From assembly GCA_964486795.1 (NCBI GenBank), contig CAZAOQ010000002.1:1-45775 (forward strand): 45,775 nucleotides of DNA, given 5' to 3'. The stretch's first letter is position 1. Each line of letters starts with the position of its first letter. Positions 1 through 9,444 of the stretch are shown here, piece after piece. This stretch comes from an uncultured Rhodocyclaceae bacterium (GTDB taxonomy: Bacteria > Pseudomonadota > Gammaproteobacteria > Burkholderiales > Rhodocyclaceae). Both the position numbers and the translations under genes were made by a program. The notes beneath the pieces were generated by a model, which made no database searches, was not told the origin of the DNA, and was given only the letters and a program-made list of their open reading frames with translations.

Positions 1-2
1 TC

Positions 3-638
3 GACGAAATCGCGATCGAAGAAGCCGTGCGCCTCAAGGAAGCCGGCATCGCCACTGAAGTGGTCGCCATCAGCTGCGGCGTCGCCGGTTGCCAGGAAAC
101 CCTGCGCACTGCAATGGCCATTGGTGCCGATCGCGGCATCCTGATCGAGTCGGATGTCGATCTGCAACCACTCGCCGTTGCCAAGCTGATTAAGGCTGTG
201 GCAGACAAGGAGCAACCGCAGATTGTGATCTTCGGTAAGCAGGCTATTGATGACGACTCGAACCAGACAGGGCAGATGTTTGCTGCGCTGGCGGGTTGGG
301 GGCAGGCAACCTTCGCCTCCAAGGTTCAGATCGCCGGTGACAAGGCCACGGTAACGCGCGAAATCGACGGCGGCTCCGAGACGCTGGAACTTAAGCTGCC
401 GATCGTCGTAACGACCGATCTGCGCCTCAATGAGCCGCGCTACGCCACGCTGCCCAACATCATGAAGGCCAAGAAAAAGCCGCTGGACACGTTCAAGCCG
501 GCCGATCTCGGCGTCGATGTCACGCCACGCCTGACCACGCTAAAGGTGGTCGAACCCGCCAAGCGGGGTGCCGGCATCAAGGTGGCGGACGTCAAGGAAC
601 TGGTCAACAAACTCAAGAATGAAGCGAAGGTGATCTGA
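3..638 (+). CDS. etfB: Electron transfer flavoprotein beta subunit (5' truncated by window edge)
   Basis: Frame open from position 3 ([13 protein letters not shown]); motifs [26 protein letters not shown]; stop overlaps etfA start (TGATG). Confidence 0.97.
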   Translation, partial: DEIAIEEAVRLKEAGIATEVVAISCGVAGCQETLRTAMAIGADRGILIESDVDLQPLAVAKLIKAVADKEQPQIVIFGKQAIDDDSNQTGQMFAALAGWGQATFASKVQIAGDKATVTREIDGGSETLELKLPIVVTTDLRLNEPRYATLPNIMKAKKKPLDTFKPADLGVDVTPRLTTLKVVEPAKRGAGIKVADVKELVNKLKNEAKVI

Positions 639-1573
639 TGGCTACTCTTGTTATTGCTGAACACAACAATGCCGCGATCAACGCTGCGACGCTGAACACT
701 GTCGCTGCAGCCCAGAAGATCGGTGGCGAGATTCACGTACTGGTCGCTGGCGCCGGTTGTGCTGATGCCGCTGCCGCTGCCGCAAAGATTGCGGGCGTCA
801 GCAAGGTCAAGGTGGCCGATAACGCCATCTACGCTGAGCAGACCGCCGAGAACGTTGCGGCTCTGGTGATCGCCAACGCCGCTGGCTACACACACATCCT
901 GGCACCGGCCACAGGTGCGGGAAAGAACATGCTGCCGCGCGTTGCCGCGTTGCTCGACGTCGCGCAGATTTCCGAAATCACCGCCGTCGAGTCCGCTGAC
1001 ACCTTCGTGCGTCCGACGTATGCCGGCAACGCCATGGCCACGGTCAAGAGCGCTGATGCGGTCAAAGTCATTACTGTGCGCACAACCGGTTTCGATGCCG
1101 TTTCCGCCGAGGGTGGCAGCGCCGCCGTCGAGGCGATCGCCGCCGCAGCTGATCAAGGGCTGAGCAAGGTTGTCTCCCGTGAAGTTGTCAAGAGTGCGCG
1201 TCCGGAACTCGGTGCCGCCAAGATTGTTGTTTCCGGCGGCCGCGGCATGGGGTCAGGAGAGAACTATCACAAGGTGCTGGAGCCGCTTGCGGACAAGCTA
1301 AATGCCGCACTGGGTGCCTCGCGTGCCGCTGTTGATGCGGGTTTCGTGCCGAATGACTATCAGGTTGGTCAGACCGGCAAAATCGTCGCACCGCAGCTTT
1401 ACATTGCGGTAGCTATCTCCGGTGCGATCCAGCATCTCGCCGGCATGAAAGACAGCAAAGTGATTGTTGCCATCAACAAAGACCCAGACGCGCCGATCTT
1501 CCAGGTTGCTGACTATGGTCTGGTGGCTGATCTGTTCACCGCCGTGCCGGAACTCGTGGCTGAGCTCGGCTGA
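638..1573 (+). CDS. etfA: Electron transfer flavoprotein alpha subunit
   Basis: [41 protein letters not shown] motifs. Confidence 0.97.
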   Translation: MATLVIAEHNNAAINAATLNTVAAAQKIGGEIHVLVAGAGCADAAAAAAKIAGVSKVKVADNAIYAEQTAENVAALVIANAAGYTHILAPATGAGKNMLPRVAALLDVAQISEITAVESADTFVRPTYAGNAMATVKSADAVKVITVRTTGFDAVSAEGGSAAVEAIAAAADQGLSKVVSREVVKSARPELGAAKIVVSGGRGMGSGENYHKVLEPLADKLNAALGASRAAVDAGFVPNDYQVGQTGKIVAPQLYIAVAISGAIQHLAGMKDSKVIVAINKDPDAPIFQVADYGLVADLFTAVPELVAELG

Positions 1574-1786
1574 TGCCAGTAGCCCGCCTCCCCGCTCGGG
1601 GATGCGGTAGGAGCGGGTATGGCATGATGTATGCCAACATGAATACCCGTTCGGAACCCGCCCCTGTTCGTCATGGGGCGGGATCAAACCCCAGAATGCT
1701 GCACCATCGGGACTCTGCGGCCCGAGACGCAAAGGTTTTCACATCTTTGCGCGCTTAATATCGTCCGCAACTTTGCGTAAAAGGAA

Positions 1787-3655
1787 ATGAGCATGGGTGA
1801 TTATGTCGCGCCGTTGAATGACATGCGTTTCGTCATGAGAGAACTGGCCCGAATCGGTGATGTCGCTCGTTTACCGGGCTATGAGGATGCATCAGACGAC
1901 CTGGTGGATGCTGTACTTGAATAGGCTGCCAAATGTGCGGGTGGTGTGCTCTCGCCTATGAACTGGAGTGGTGATCGTGCAAGACTGAAGCGACTGGATA
2001 AGGATGGCGGCTCCGTCATCATGGCACCTGGTTTCAAGGAGGCCTATGTCCAATTTATTGAGGCTGGCTGGAACGGGCTCGCCTGCAACCCCGAGCATGG
2101 CGGGCAAGGCCTGCCGCGGCTGATAGCCGCCGCCGTGCAAGAGATGTGGAACGCCTCCAATCTTTCGTTTTCTCTTTGCCCACTGCTGACCACGGGCGCC
2201 ATTGAAGCGTTGGAGCTGGTTGGCTCGACAGAACAGAAGGCGATGTATCTGCCCAATATGGTGCACGGCAAATGGACGGGCACCATGAACCTTACCGAAC
2301 CACAGGCGGGTTCGGATCTTGCCGCGATCCGCTCACGCGCCGTGCCGCAGTCGGACGGTACTTACCGGGTTTTCGGGCAGAAGATATTCATCACCTATGG
2401 CGATCACGACATGGCGGAAAACATTGTCCACCTCGTGCTTGCCCGCACACCCGGTGCTCCAGCGGGCGTCAAGGGCATTTCCCTGTTCGTCGTACCCAAA
2501 TACCTCGTCAATACCGATGGCAGCCTGGGGGCTCGCAACGACGCTTATTGCGTGTCGGTCGAGGACAAACTAGGCATTCATGCTTGCCCGACTTGTGTGA
2601 TGGCCTTTGGTGATTCCGGCAACTTCGGCGGAGGCGCGATTGGCACCCTGGTGGGTGAAGAGAATGCGGGTCTGAAGTACATGTTCATCATGATGAACGC
2701 AGCTCGCTTCGCCGTTGGTCTGGAAGGCATGGCCGTCGCAGAACGCGCCTACCAGCAGGCACTCAGCTATGCGCGCGAGCGCGTGCAGGGGCGCGAAATT
2801 ACAGGTGGTAAGGGAGGTACGGGAGGTACGGGAGGTACGGATAGCGTACCGATCATTCGTCACCCCGATGTGCGCCGCATGCTGATGCTAATGAAATCGC
2901 AGGTTGAGGCGATGCGCGCACTGAGCTATACGGTAGCAGCAGCCCATGATGCTGCCTTGCATCACCCGGATACCGCTGAGCGCGAGGGTAATCACGCTTA
3001 CTTTGACCTGATGATTCCAATCGTCAAGGGCTGGTTGACCGAGACGGGTAACGAGGTTGCCTACGTCGGCGTGCAGATACATGGCGGCATGGGATTCATA
3101 GAGCAAACCGGCGCTGCCCAATACATGCGTGATGCGCGAATCACCACCATCTACGAAGGCACGACCGGCATCCAGGCCAATGACCTGATCGGTCGCAAGA
3201 TCGGCCGTGAGGGTGGCATAACGGTCAAAAAGGTCATTGCCCAGATGCGCGAGACGGAAGCCGAACTTGGACGCATCGCCGGTGTATCCGCCAATGCAAA
3301 CCTGGTGGCGATTCACGAAGCGCTAGGCAATGGTATCGCAGCTGTTGACGCATCGGTTGACTACATCGTCGGTCATTACGCCCAAGATATTGCCGGAGTA
3401 TCGGCGGGTGCGGTGCCTTTCCTAAAACTCATGGGTATCGTTTGCTCTGGTTGGCAGATGGCGCGTGCGGCTTTGGTGGCGCACGGCAAGATTGTGGCGG
3501 GTGAGGGCGACGACTTGGGTGATGCCTTCTATCCGGCAAAGATCATCACAGCACGTTTTTTTGCTGATCACGTCATGTCAGCCGCACCGGGGCTTGCGCA
3601 CACCGTGATCCATGGTGGTGCGGGTGTGCTCGAACTAGCCGAGGAACAGTTCTGA
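1787..3655 (+). pseudogene. Acyl-CoA dehydrogenase (long ~600 aa type) interrupted by in-frame TAG at 1922-1924
   Basis: RBS aagga then ATG 1787 gives MSMGDYVAPLNDMRFVM...DAVLE*AAKCAGGVLSP, in the same frame as ORF 1946..3655 (GTMNLTEPQAGSD, GQKIFIT, QIHGGMGF, IYEGTTGIQ). Confidence 0.75.
2812..2838 (+). repeat. 9-bp tandem repeat (GGGAGGTAC)x3 encoding GGT-GGT-GGT
   Basis: Read directly in the sequence; in-frame expansion within the acyl-CoA dehydrogenase. Confidence 0.9.
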
Positions 3656-3686
3656 TTTTTTGATTCTTACAACAAACTCTTGAAGC

Positions 3687-3725
3687 AAAGCAAAACGCCC
3701 ATCCGACGGATGGGCGTTTTGCTTT
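3687..3725. terminator. Bidirectional intrinsic terminator between convergent acyl-CoA dehydrogenase and ETF-QO
   Basis: Perfect 18-bp arms AAAGCAAAACGCCCATCC-gac-GGATGGGCGTTTTGCTTT. Confidence 0.85.
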
Positions 3726-3745
3726 AGTACGTCACGGCAACACAC

Positions 3746-5374
3746 TTACATGCCCGGATAAACAGGTCCGCCGCCACCCTGTGGCGCCACCCAGTTGATG
3801 TTCTGGGTCGGGTCCTTGATATCGCAAGTCTTGCAATGCAGGCAGTTTGGCGCATTGGTCTGCATGCGCGGATTGCCGGCCTCGTCCCTGACAATTTCAT
3901 ATACGCCACCCGGGCAATACCGCTGTTCAGGGGCGTCGTAGAGGGCCAGGTTAATCGTGATCGGTACCGATAAATCCTTGAAGACCAGGTGGCTAGGCTG
4001 GTTTTCCTCGTGGTTGGTGTTGGAGAGGAAGACCGAGGAGAGGCGATCAAAGCTGACAACGCCATCCGGTTTTGGATAGTCGATCGGCGTGCACTCCGCA
4101 GCTTTCTTCAACTTGAGATGATCAGGCGTGTGATGTAGCGTCCAAGGTGCCTTGCCACGGAACAGCACTTGGTCGATGCCGACCATCAGGGTCCCTAGGT
4201 AGAGTCCCTTGCTCATCCAAGGCTTAAAATTACGTGCCTTGTGCAGTTCTTCGTAGAGCCAGCTTTCCCGGAACTTCTGTGGGTAGCTCGTGAGCTCATC
4301 GTGAGCACGGCCTGCACCGAGTGCTTCAGCGATGGATTCGGCAGCCATCATGCCGCTCTTGATGGCGGCGTGACTGCCCTTGATACGTGAGGCATTGAGG
4401 AAGCCGGCATCGTCACCGAGCAGTGCACCGCCTGGGAAGATCAGCTTGGGTAGTGCTTGCAAGCCACCGGCAGAAATGGCGCGAGCACCGTAGGCAAGGC
4501 GCTTGCCGCCTTCGAGCATGGTACGGATCTGCGGGTGGGTCTTGTAGCGCTGGAATTCCTCGAAGGGTGAGAGGAAGGGGTTGCTGTAACCAAGACCGAC
4601 CACGTAGCCGATCGACACGAGGTTTTCACCGTAGTGGTAGCAGAATGAACCGCCATAGGTGTCCGCTGGCAGCGGCCAGCCGGCGGTGTGCATGACCATG
4701 CCCTTGACGTGCTTCTCGGGTTTGACTTCCCACAGCTCCTTGAGGCCGATGCCATAGACCTGTGGGTCGGCACCGTTGCGCAGGTTGAACTTTTGTTCCA
4801 GCTGCTTGCCAAGGTGGCCACGGCAACCTTCGGCGAACAAGGTGTACTTGGCGTGCAGTTCCATGCCCCGCTGGTAGGCGTCGGTAGGCTGACCGTCGCG
4901 GCCGATGCCCATGTCGCCGGTAGCGACACCTTTGACACTACCATTTTCGTCGTAGAGGATCTCGGCGCCGGCAAAGCCCGGGTAGATTTCGATGCCGAGC
5001 GCTTCGGCTTGCTGGCCCATCCAGCGGCAGACATTGCCAAGGCTGATAATGTAGTTTCCGTGGTTCTTGAAGCAATCCGGCAGAAGAAAATCAGGTACCT
5101 GCAGGCCACCTGTTTCGTTCAGGAAGACGAAGCGGTCTTCTTGCACCAGCGTGTCGAGCGGGGCACCCTGGGCCTGCCAGTCGGGAATCAACTCGGTCAG
5201 GGCGCGCGGATCCATGATGGCGCCGGAAAGGATGTGGGCGCCGATTTCCGAGCCCTTCTCGATCAAGCAGACATTGAGTTCGGCATTGATTTGCTTGAGG
5301 CGAATCGCAGCAGCGAGGCCGGCCGGGCCACCACCGACGATCAGCACGTCGAATTCCATTGTTTCGCGTTCCAT
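3746..5374 (-). CDS. Electron transfer flavoprotein-ubiquinone oxidoreductase
   Basis: DVLIVGGGPAGL FAD motif, GAHILSGA, C-terminal 4Fe-4S RYCPGGVYE...NCLHCKTCDIKDP. Confidence 0.96.
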   Translation of the reverse strand: MERETMEFDVLIVGGGPAGLAAAIRLKQINAELNVCLIEKGSEIGAHILSGAIMDPRALTELIPDWQAQGAPLDTLVQEDRFVFLNETGGLQVPDFLLPDCFKNHGNYIISLGNVCRWMGQQAEALGIEIYPGFAGAEILYDENGSVKGVATGDMGIGRDGQPTDAYQRGMELHAKYTLFAEGCRGHLGKQLEQKFNLRNGADPQVYGIGLKELWEVKPEKHVKGMVMHTAGWPLPADTYGGSFCYHYGENLVSIGYVVGLGYSNPFLSPFEEFQRYKTHPQIRTMLEGGKRLAYGARAISAGGLQALPKLIFPGGALLGDDAGFLNASRIKGSHAAIKSGMMAAESIAEALGAGRAHDELTSYPQKFRESWLYEELHKARNFKPWMSKGLYLGTLMVGIDQVLFRGKAPWTLHHTPDHLKLKKAAECTPIDYPKPDGVVSFDRLSSVFLSNTNHEENQPSHLVFKDLSVPITINLALYDAPEQRYCPGGVYEIVRDEAGNPRMQTNAPNCLHCKTCDIKDPTQNINWVAPQGGGGPVYPGM

Positions 5375-5460
5375 ATTTTTCCCCTTCGTTTTCAGCGGTA
5401 GGTGTGTCTGGCCGGTCGCGATGCGTTACCGCCAGACAGCGGACGAAACGCGAAATTATA

Positions 5461-5486
5461 ATTCAATTCATTGGCCTGAATTGAAT
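5461..5486. promoter_or_regulatory. Inverted repeat, candidate operator upstream of ETF-QO
   Basis: ATTCAATTCA-ttggcc-TGAATTGAAT (perfect 10-bp arms) adjacent to a TATAAT at ~5455-5462. Confidence 0.5.
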
Positions 5487-5684
5487 CATTGAAAGTGAGT
5501 TGCCACGTGTTTCGGACTCTTCTCCGGCCATCACTCGTCCATTCTTGATCTTGGCGCTTGACTGAACTTGAGTGGTCGTGTGTCAAGTCACGGCTTCTCG
5601 CTTATCATCACCAGAGTGCTGCGCTGACGCAGCGGTACCGCATATTGGTCGTCTTTTCATGACATCCGCACAGAGAGGGCAGCA

Positions 5685-6692
5685 ATGATATTAGTGACAG
5701 GTGGAGCCGGTTACATTGGCTCTCATACGGTGGTCGAATTGCTGACTGCAGGACAGGACGTCCTGATCGTCGATAACTTTAGCAACAGTAAAGCGTCGGT
5801 ACTCGAACGCATCGCCCGAATCACCGGCTGTGCACCGCAGTTTGCCGAGGCCGACATCCGCGACCGTGCAGCGATGCGCGGTATTTTTGCCAGCCACGAT
5901 ATCGCGGCAGTGATTCATTTCGCTGGTCTAAAAGCGGTTGGCGAATCGGTGACACAGCCATTACGTTATTATGACAACAACGTGAACGGCAGCCTTGTGC
6001 TGTTTGAATGCATGGCTGAGGCAGGTGTGCGAACGCTGGTGTTTTCCTCATCGGCCACAGTTTACGGCGATCCGCATCAGGTGCCGATTCGCGAGGACTT
6101 CCCGCTTTCGGCCACCAATCCCTATGGCCGCAGCAAGCTAATGATCGAAGAAGTACTCCAGGATGTCGTCCGGTCAGATGCCTCATGGCACATCGCCCTG
6201 CTGCGCTATTTCAACCCGGTCGGCGCCCACGTTTCTGGCATGATCGGCGAAGATCCGGAGGGCATCCCGAATAATCTCGTACCTTATGTGGCCCAGGTAG
6301 CGGCAGGCAAGCTCGAACAGCTCTCGATCTATGGCAATGATTACCCGACACCCGACGGCACTGGTGTACGTGACTATATTCACGTGGTCGACCTCGCTAG
6401 GGGCCATCTTGCAGCGCTCGCTGCGCTGTCGCGCGTGGACAAGCCGCTAGTCGTCAATCTTGGCACTGGCTGCGGCTACAGTGTGCTGGAAATGGTGCGT
6501 GCCTTTGAAAAAGCCAGTGGCAAGATCATTCCCTTTCGCATTGCCGACCGGCGCCCCGGCGATATTGCACAGTGCTACGCCGATCCGGCGCATGCCAAGG
6601 CAGTGCTCGGGTGGTCGGCAGAACGAGGTATCGACGAGATGTGCCGCGACACATGGCGCTGGCAGCAGTGGATCGTTGGGCAGCAAGGATGA
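5685..6692 (+). CDS. galE: UDP-glucose 4-epimerase
   Basis: LVTGGAGYIGSH, HFAGLKAVGES, FSSSATVYG, YGRSK, LRYFNP, RDYIHV. Confidence 0.96.
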   Translation: MILVTGGAGYIGSHTVVELLTAGQDVLIVDNFSNSKASVLERIARITGCAPQFAEADIRDRAAMRGIFASHDIAAVIHFAGLKAVGESVTQPLRYYDNNVNGSLVLFECMAEAGVRTLVFSSSATVYGDPHQVPIREDFPLSATNPYGRSKLMIEEVLQDVVRSDASWHIALLRYFNPVGAHVSGMIGEDPEGIPNNLVPYVAQVAAGKLEQLSIYGNDYPTPDGTGVRDYIHVVDLARGHLAALAALSRVDKPLVVNLGTGCGYSVLEMVRAFEKASGKIIPFRIADRRPGDIAQCYADPAHAKAVLGWSAERGIDEMCRDTWRWQQWIVGQQG

Positions 6693-6725
6693 CAAAATCT
6701 GAACTTATTCAGACTTTTCCTTTCA

Positions 6726-6739
6726 TTGATTTCCATCAA
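6726..6739 (+). promoter_or_regulatory. FNR/ANR box upstream of hemN
   Basis: Exact consensus TTGAT-TTCC-ATCAA; a -10-like CATAGT at 6762-6767 fits class II (-41.5) spacing. Confidence 0.85.
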
Positions 6740-6811
6740 CGCCTGAAACAGGTCTTTCAGGCATAGTAGCAACCGGGCATCCGGTTCGAATGCCACGGGT
6801 TTTTATAGGCA

Positions 6812-8221
6812 GTGATTCAAATGAACGAAACGCAGAACGAAGCGGAATCGATTTTCGACGAACAGGTCATTCGCCGCTTTGACGTCAATGGCCCTCGTTA
6901 TACCTCGTATCCGACGGCCGACAGATTTACGGGTGATTTTGGCCCTGCCGATTACGGCAAGTGGCTCGGACGTCGCACGGTGGCGGGCGTCAGCCGGCCT
7001 TTGTCACTGTATTTTCATATCCCGTTCTGTAACACGATCTGTTACTACTGCGCATGCAACAAGATCATCACCAAGGATCATGGACGGTCTGCCAAATACC
7101 TGAAATACCTTGGCAAGGAACTTGCCATGCAGGCGGCTGCTCTCGCTGGCGATCGGGAAATCGTGCAACTGCACTGGGGCGGCGGCACACCGACCTTTCT
7201 TTCGCACGACGAAATACGCCACCTGATGGAGATGACTCGCGAACATTTCCAGTTTCTACCCGAAGGGGAATATTCGATTGAGGTCGATCCGCGCAAGGTC
7301 GACGAGGCGACAGTCGAATTGCTTGGTGAGCTTGGTTTTAATCGCATAAGTTTGGGCGTGCAGGATTTCGATCCGGCGGTACAGAAGGCGGTCAACCGTA
7401 TTCAGAGCATTGAAGAAACGCGTCTGGTAATGGATGCGGCCCGCACGAACGGCTTTCAATCCATCAGTGTAGATCTGATTTATGGATTGCCGAAACAAAG
7501 TGTCGACAGCTTCGATCGCACACTCGACCAGGTCATCCAGCTTAGCCCGGATCGGCTCTCCATCTACAACTACGCGCACCTGCCCACGCTCGTAAAGCCA
7601 CAGCGGCGCATCAACGAAGCCGAACTGCCATCAGCGGATGCCAAGTTGCAGATTCTGCAACTGGCAATCCGCAAACTCACCGATGCGGGCTATGTGTTCA
7701 TCGGTATGGACCATTTTGCCAAGCCCGATGACGAATTGGCTGTAGCCCAGCGTCAGGGGCGTCTGCATCGCAATTTCCAGGGCTATTCAACCCATGCCGA
7801 GGCCGACCTGATGGCCTTCGGCGTTTCATCGATCAGCAAGGTGGGGCCCAGTTACTGCCAGAACGTCAAGACAACCGACGAATACTATGATCTGCTCGAT
7901 CAAGGGATACTTCCCGTGATGCGCGGCATCGAACTGACTTCGGATGATCTGCTACGGCGTTCGATCATCCAGTCCTTGATGTGCCATTTCGAGCTTTCGA
8001 TTCCGGAAATCGAAATGGCGCACCAGATCGACTTCAAATCCTATTTCGCCGCCGAAATCGCTGCATTGCGCGAGATGGAGGAGGGCGGTCTGCTCATCAT
8101 TGGCGACCGCTACCTCACGATCGAGCCACGCGGGCGTATGCTCGTGCGCGTCATTGCCATGGCCTTCGACCGATACCTAAACAGCAACCGCGAGCAGGTC
8201 CGCTACTCCAAGGTGATTTAA
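6812..8221 (+). CDS. hemN: Oxygen-independent coproporphyrinogen III oxidase (alternative start ATG 6821)
   Basis: GPRYTSYPTA, radical SAM HIPFCNTICYYCAC, WGGGTPT, RNFQGY, ends YSKVI. Confidence 0.96.
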   Translation: MIQMNETQNEAESIFDEQVIRRFDVNGPRYTSYPTADRFTGDFGPADYGKWLGRRTVAGVSRPLSLYFHIPFCNTICYYCACNKIITKDHGRSAKYLKYLGKELAMQAAALAGDREIVQLHWGGGTPTFLSHDEIRHLMEMTREHFQFLPEGEYSIEVDPRKVDEATVELLGELGFNRISLGVQDFDPAVQKAVNRIQSIEETRLVMDAARTNGFQSISVDLIYGLPKQSVDSFDRTLDQVIQLSPDRLSIYNYAHLPTLVKPQRRINEAELPSADAKLQILQLAIRKLTDAGYVFIGMDHFAKPDDELAVAQRQGRLHRNFQGYSTHAEADLMAFGVSSISKVGPSYCQNVKTTDEYYDLLDQGILPVMRGIELTSDDLLRRSIIQSLMCHFELSIPEIEMAHQIDFKSYFAAEIAALREMEEGGLLIIGDRYLTIEPRGRMLVRVIAMAFDRYLNSNREQVRYSKVI

Positions 8222-8257
8222 GGGGAAGGCGGTAGCCCCCTCGTTTGCCACACCGCA

Positions 8258-8968
8258 ATGCCTGATACCGGCTTCATCGCACTGTTCCTCGTTGGCTTCC
8301 TTGGCGGCACACATTGCATTGCCATGTGCGGCGGCATCGTCAGTGCTTTGACCCTGCAACCACCCGGAAAAGCGTCGCGGGCGGTGTGGCCTTTGCACCT
8401 CGCCTACAACTTCGGACGTATCTCCAGCTATGGCTTGGCCGGTGCGGCGATGGGGGCCATTGGCAGCCTAGGGCTGTTGCTCAACAATCTGCTACCGGTA
8501 CAAATGACGTTGTATGTCGCTGCCAACCTGATGCTGGTCGCATTGGGCTTGTACCTGATCGGCATGACACAGTCGCTCGCCGTGCTCGAACGTGCCGGCC
8601 AACGTCTGTGGAAACGAATTCAGCCACTGAGCCGGCGCTTCTTGCCCGCTCGCTCCGTCACACAGGCCTTTCCACTCGGTATGCTGTGGGGGTTTCTGCC
8701 TTGCGGCATGGTATACAGTGCTCTTACTGCGGCTTTACTGTCCGGAGGTGCATTGCGCGGTGCCGGTCTGATGCTGGCGTTTGGCTTGGGGACATTGCCT
8801 AATCTGCTTCTCGCTGGCTTGTTGCTACAGCGCCTGCGTTCTTTCAGTCAGGCGCGGGCAGTCCGGATGCTGACGGGTTTGCTGGTACTCGGGTTTGGCG
8901 TTTGGGGTTTGTTGAACGCAACCACGCTGGGGGGGCGATTGTGGCAAGGAATCGTCTGTCGCGTTTGA
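8258..8968 (+). CDS. TauE/SafE (DsbD_2-like) family membrane protein
   Basis: Hydrophobic; HCIAMCGG, YNFGRISSY, GFLPCGMVY, FGLGTLP motifs. Confidence 0.85.
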   Translation: MPDTGFIALFLVGFLGGTHCIAMCGGIVSALTLQPPGKASRAVWPLHLAYNFGRISSYGLAGAAMGAIGSLGLLLNNLLPVQMTLYVAANLMLVALGLYLIGMTQSLAVLERAGQRLWKRIQPLSRRFLPARSVTQAFPLGMLWGFLPCGMVYSALTAALLSGGALRGAGLMLAFGLGTLPNLLLAGLLLQRLRSFSQARAVRMLTGLLVLGFGVWGLLNATTLGGRLWQGIVCRV

Positions 8969-8989
8969 TCTGAATTACGAGGTTATTCC

Positions 8990-9415
8990 ATGAATATCTT
9001 GCTCGCTGTCGACGGCTCCAGCGCTTCGCTGCATGCAGTAGATCATCTGATTGTCCATGTCCGCGAATTCCGTGAGCGGCCACAAATTCATTTGCTCTAC
9101 GTGCATCCACCTTTGCCGATCGGGCTGGCTACGCATCCGCTGAGTCAGGAAACGCTGCAGAAATATTATCGGGAGGAGGGGGATTCGGTACTACTCGCTG
9201 CCGGGCAGCGGCTGCTTGATGCGGAATTGCCGTTCAGCTCTCATATTCACGTCGGCCAACCAGCGGAAATTATCGTCAAACTTGCCGAAGAATTAAGCTG
9301 CGAATTCGTTTGTATGGGGAGCAGGGGGCACGGTGCGATCGGAAGCGCACTGCTGGGCTCGGTGGCCTCAAAGGTTTTGCATCTGAGCACGTTGCCTGTG
9401 CTGCTGGTGAAATGA
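8990..9415 (+). CDS. Universal stress protein (UspA family)
   Basis: ILLAVDGS N-terminus; MGSRGHG...LLGSVASKVL...PVLLVK C-terminus. Confidence 0.93.
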   Translation: MNILLAVDGSSASLHAVDHLIVHVREFRERPQIHLLYVHPPLPIGLATHPLSQETLQKYYREEGDSVLLAAGQRLLDAELPFSSHIHVGQPAEIIVKLAEELSCEFVCMGSRGHGAIGSALLGSVASKVLHLSTLPVLLVK

Positions 9416-9444
9416 GCCAGAACGATGCTGTGCTGCCAGCAGGA

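Noticed and set aside
1573-1758. 61-aa ORF overlapping the etfA stop
   Set aside because: No RBS or motifs, and it runs through hairpin-rich intergenic DNA.
1922-1924. Pyrrolysine or genome-wide amber recoding
   Set aside because: No pyl genes are in the window and TAG terminates other genes normally; the position corresponds to an ordinary Glu.
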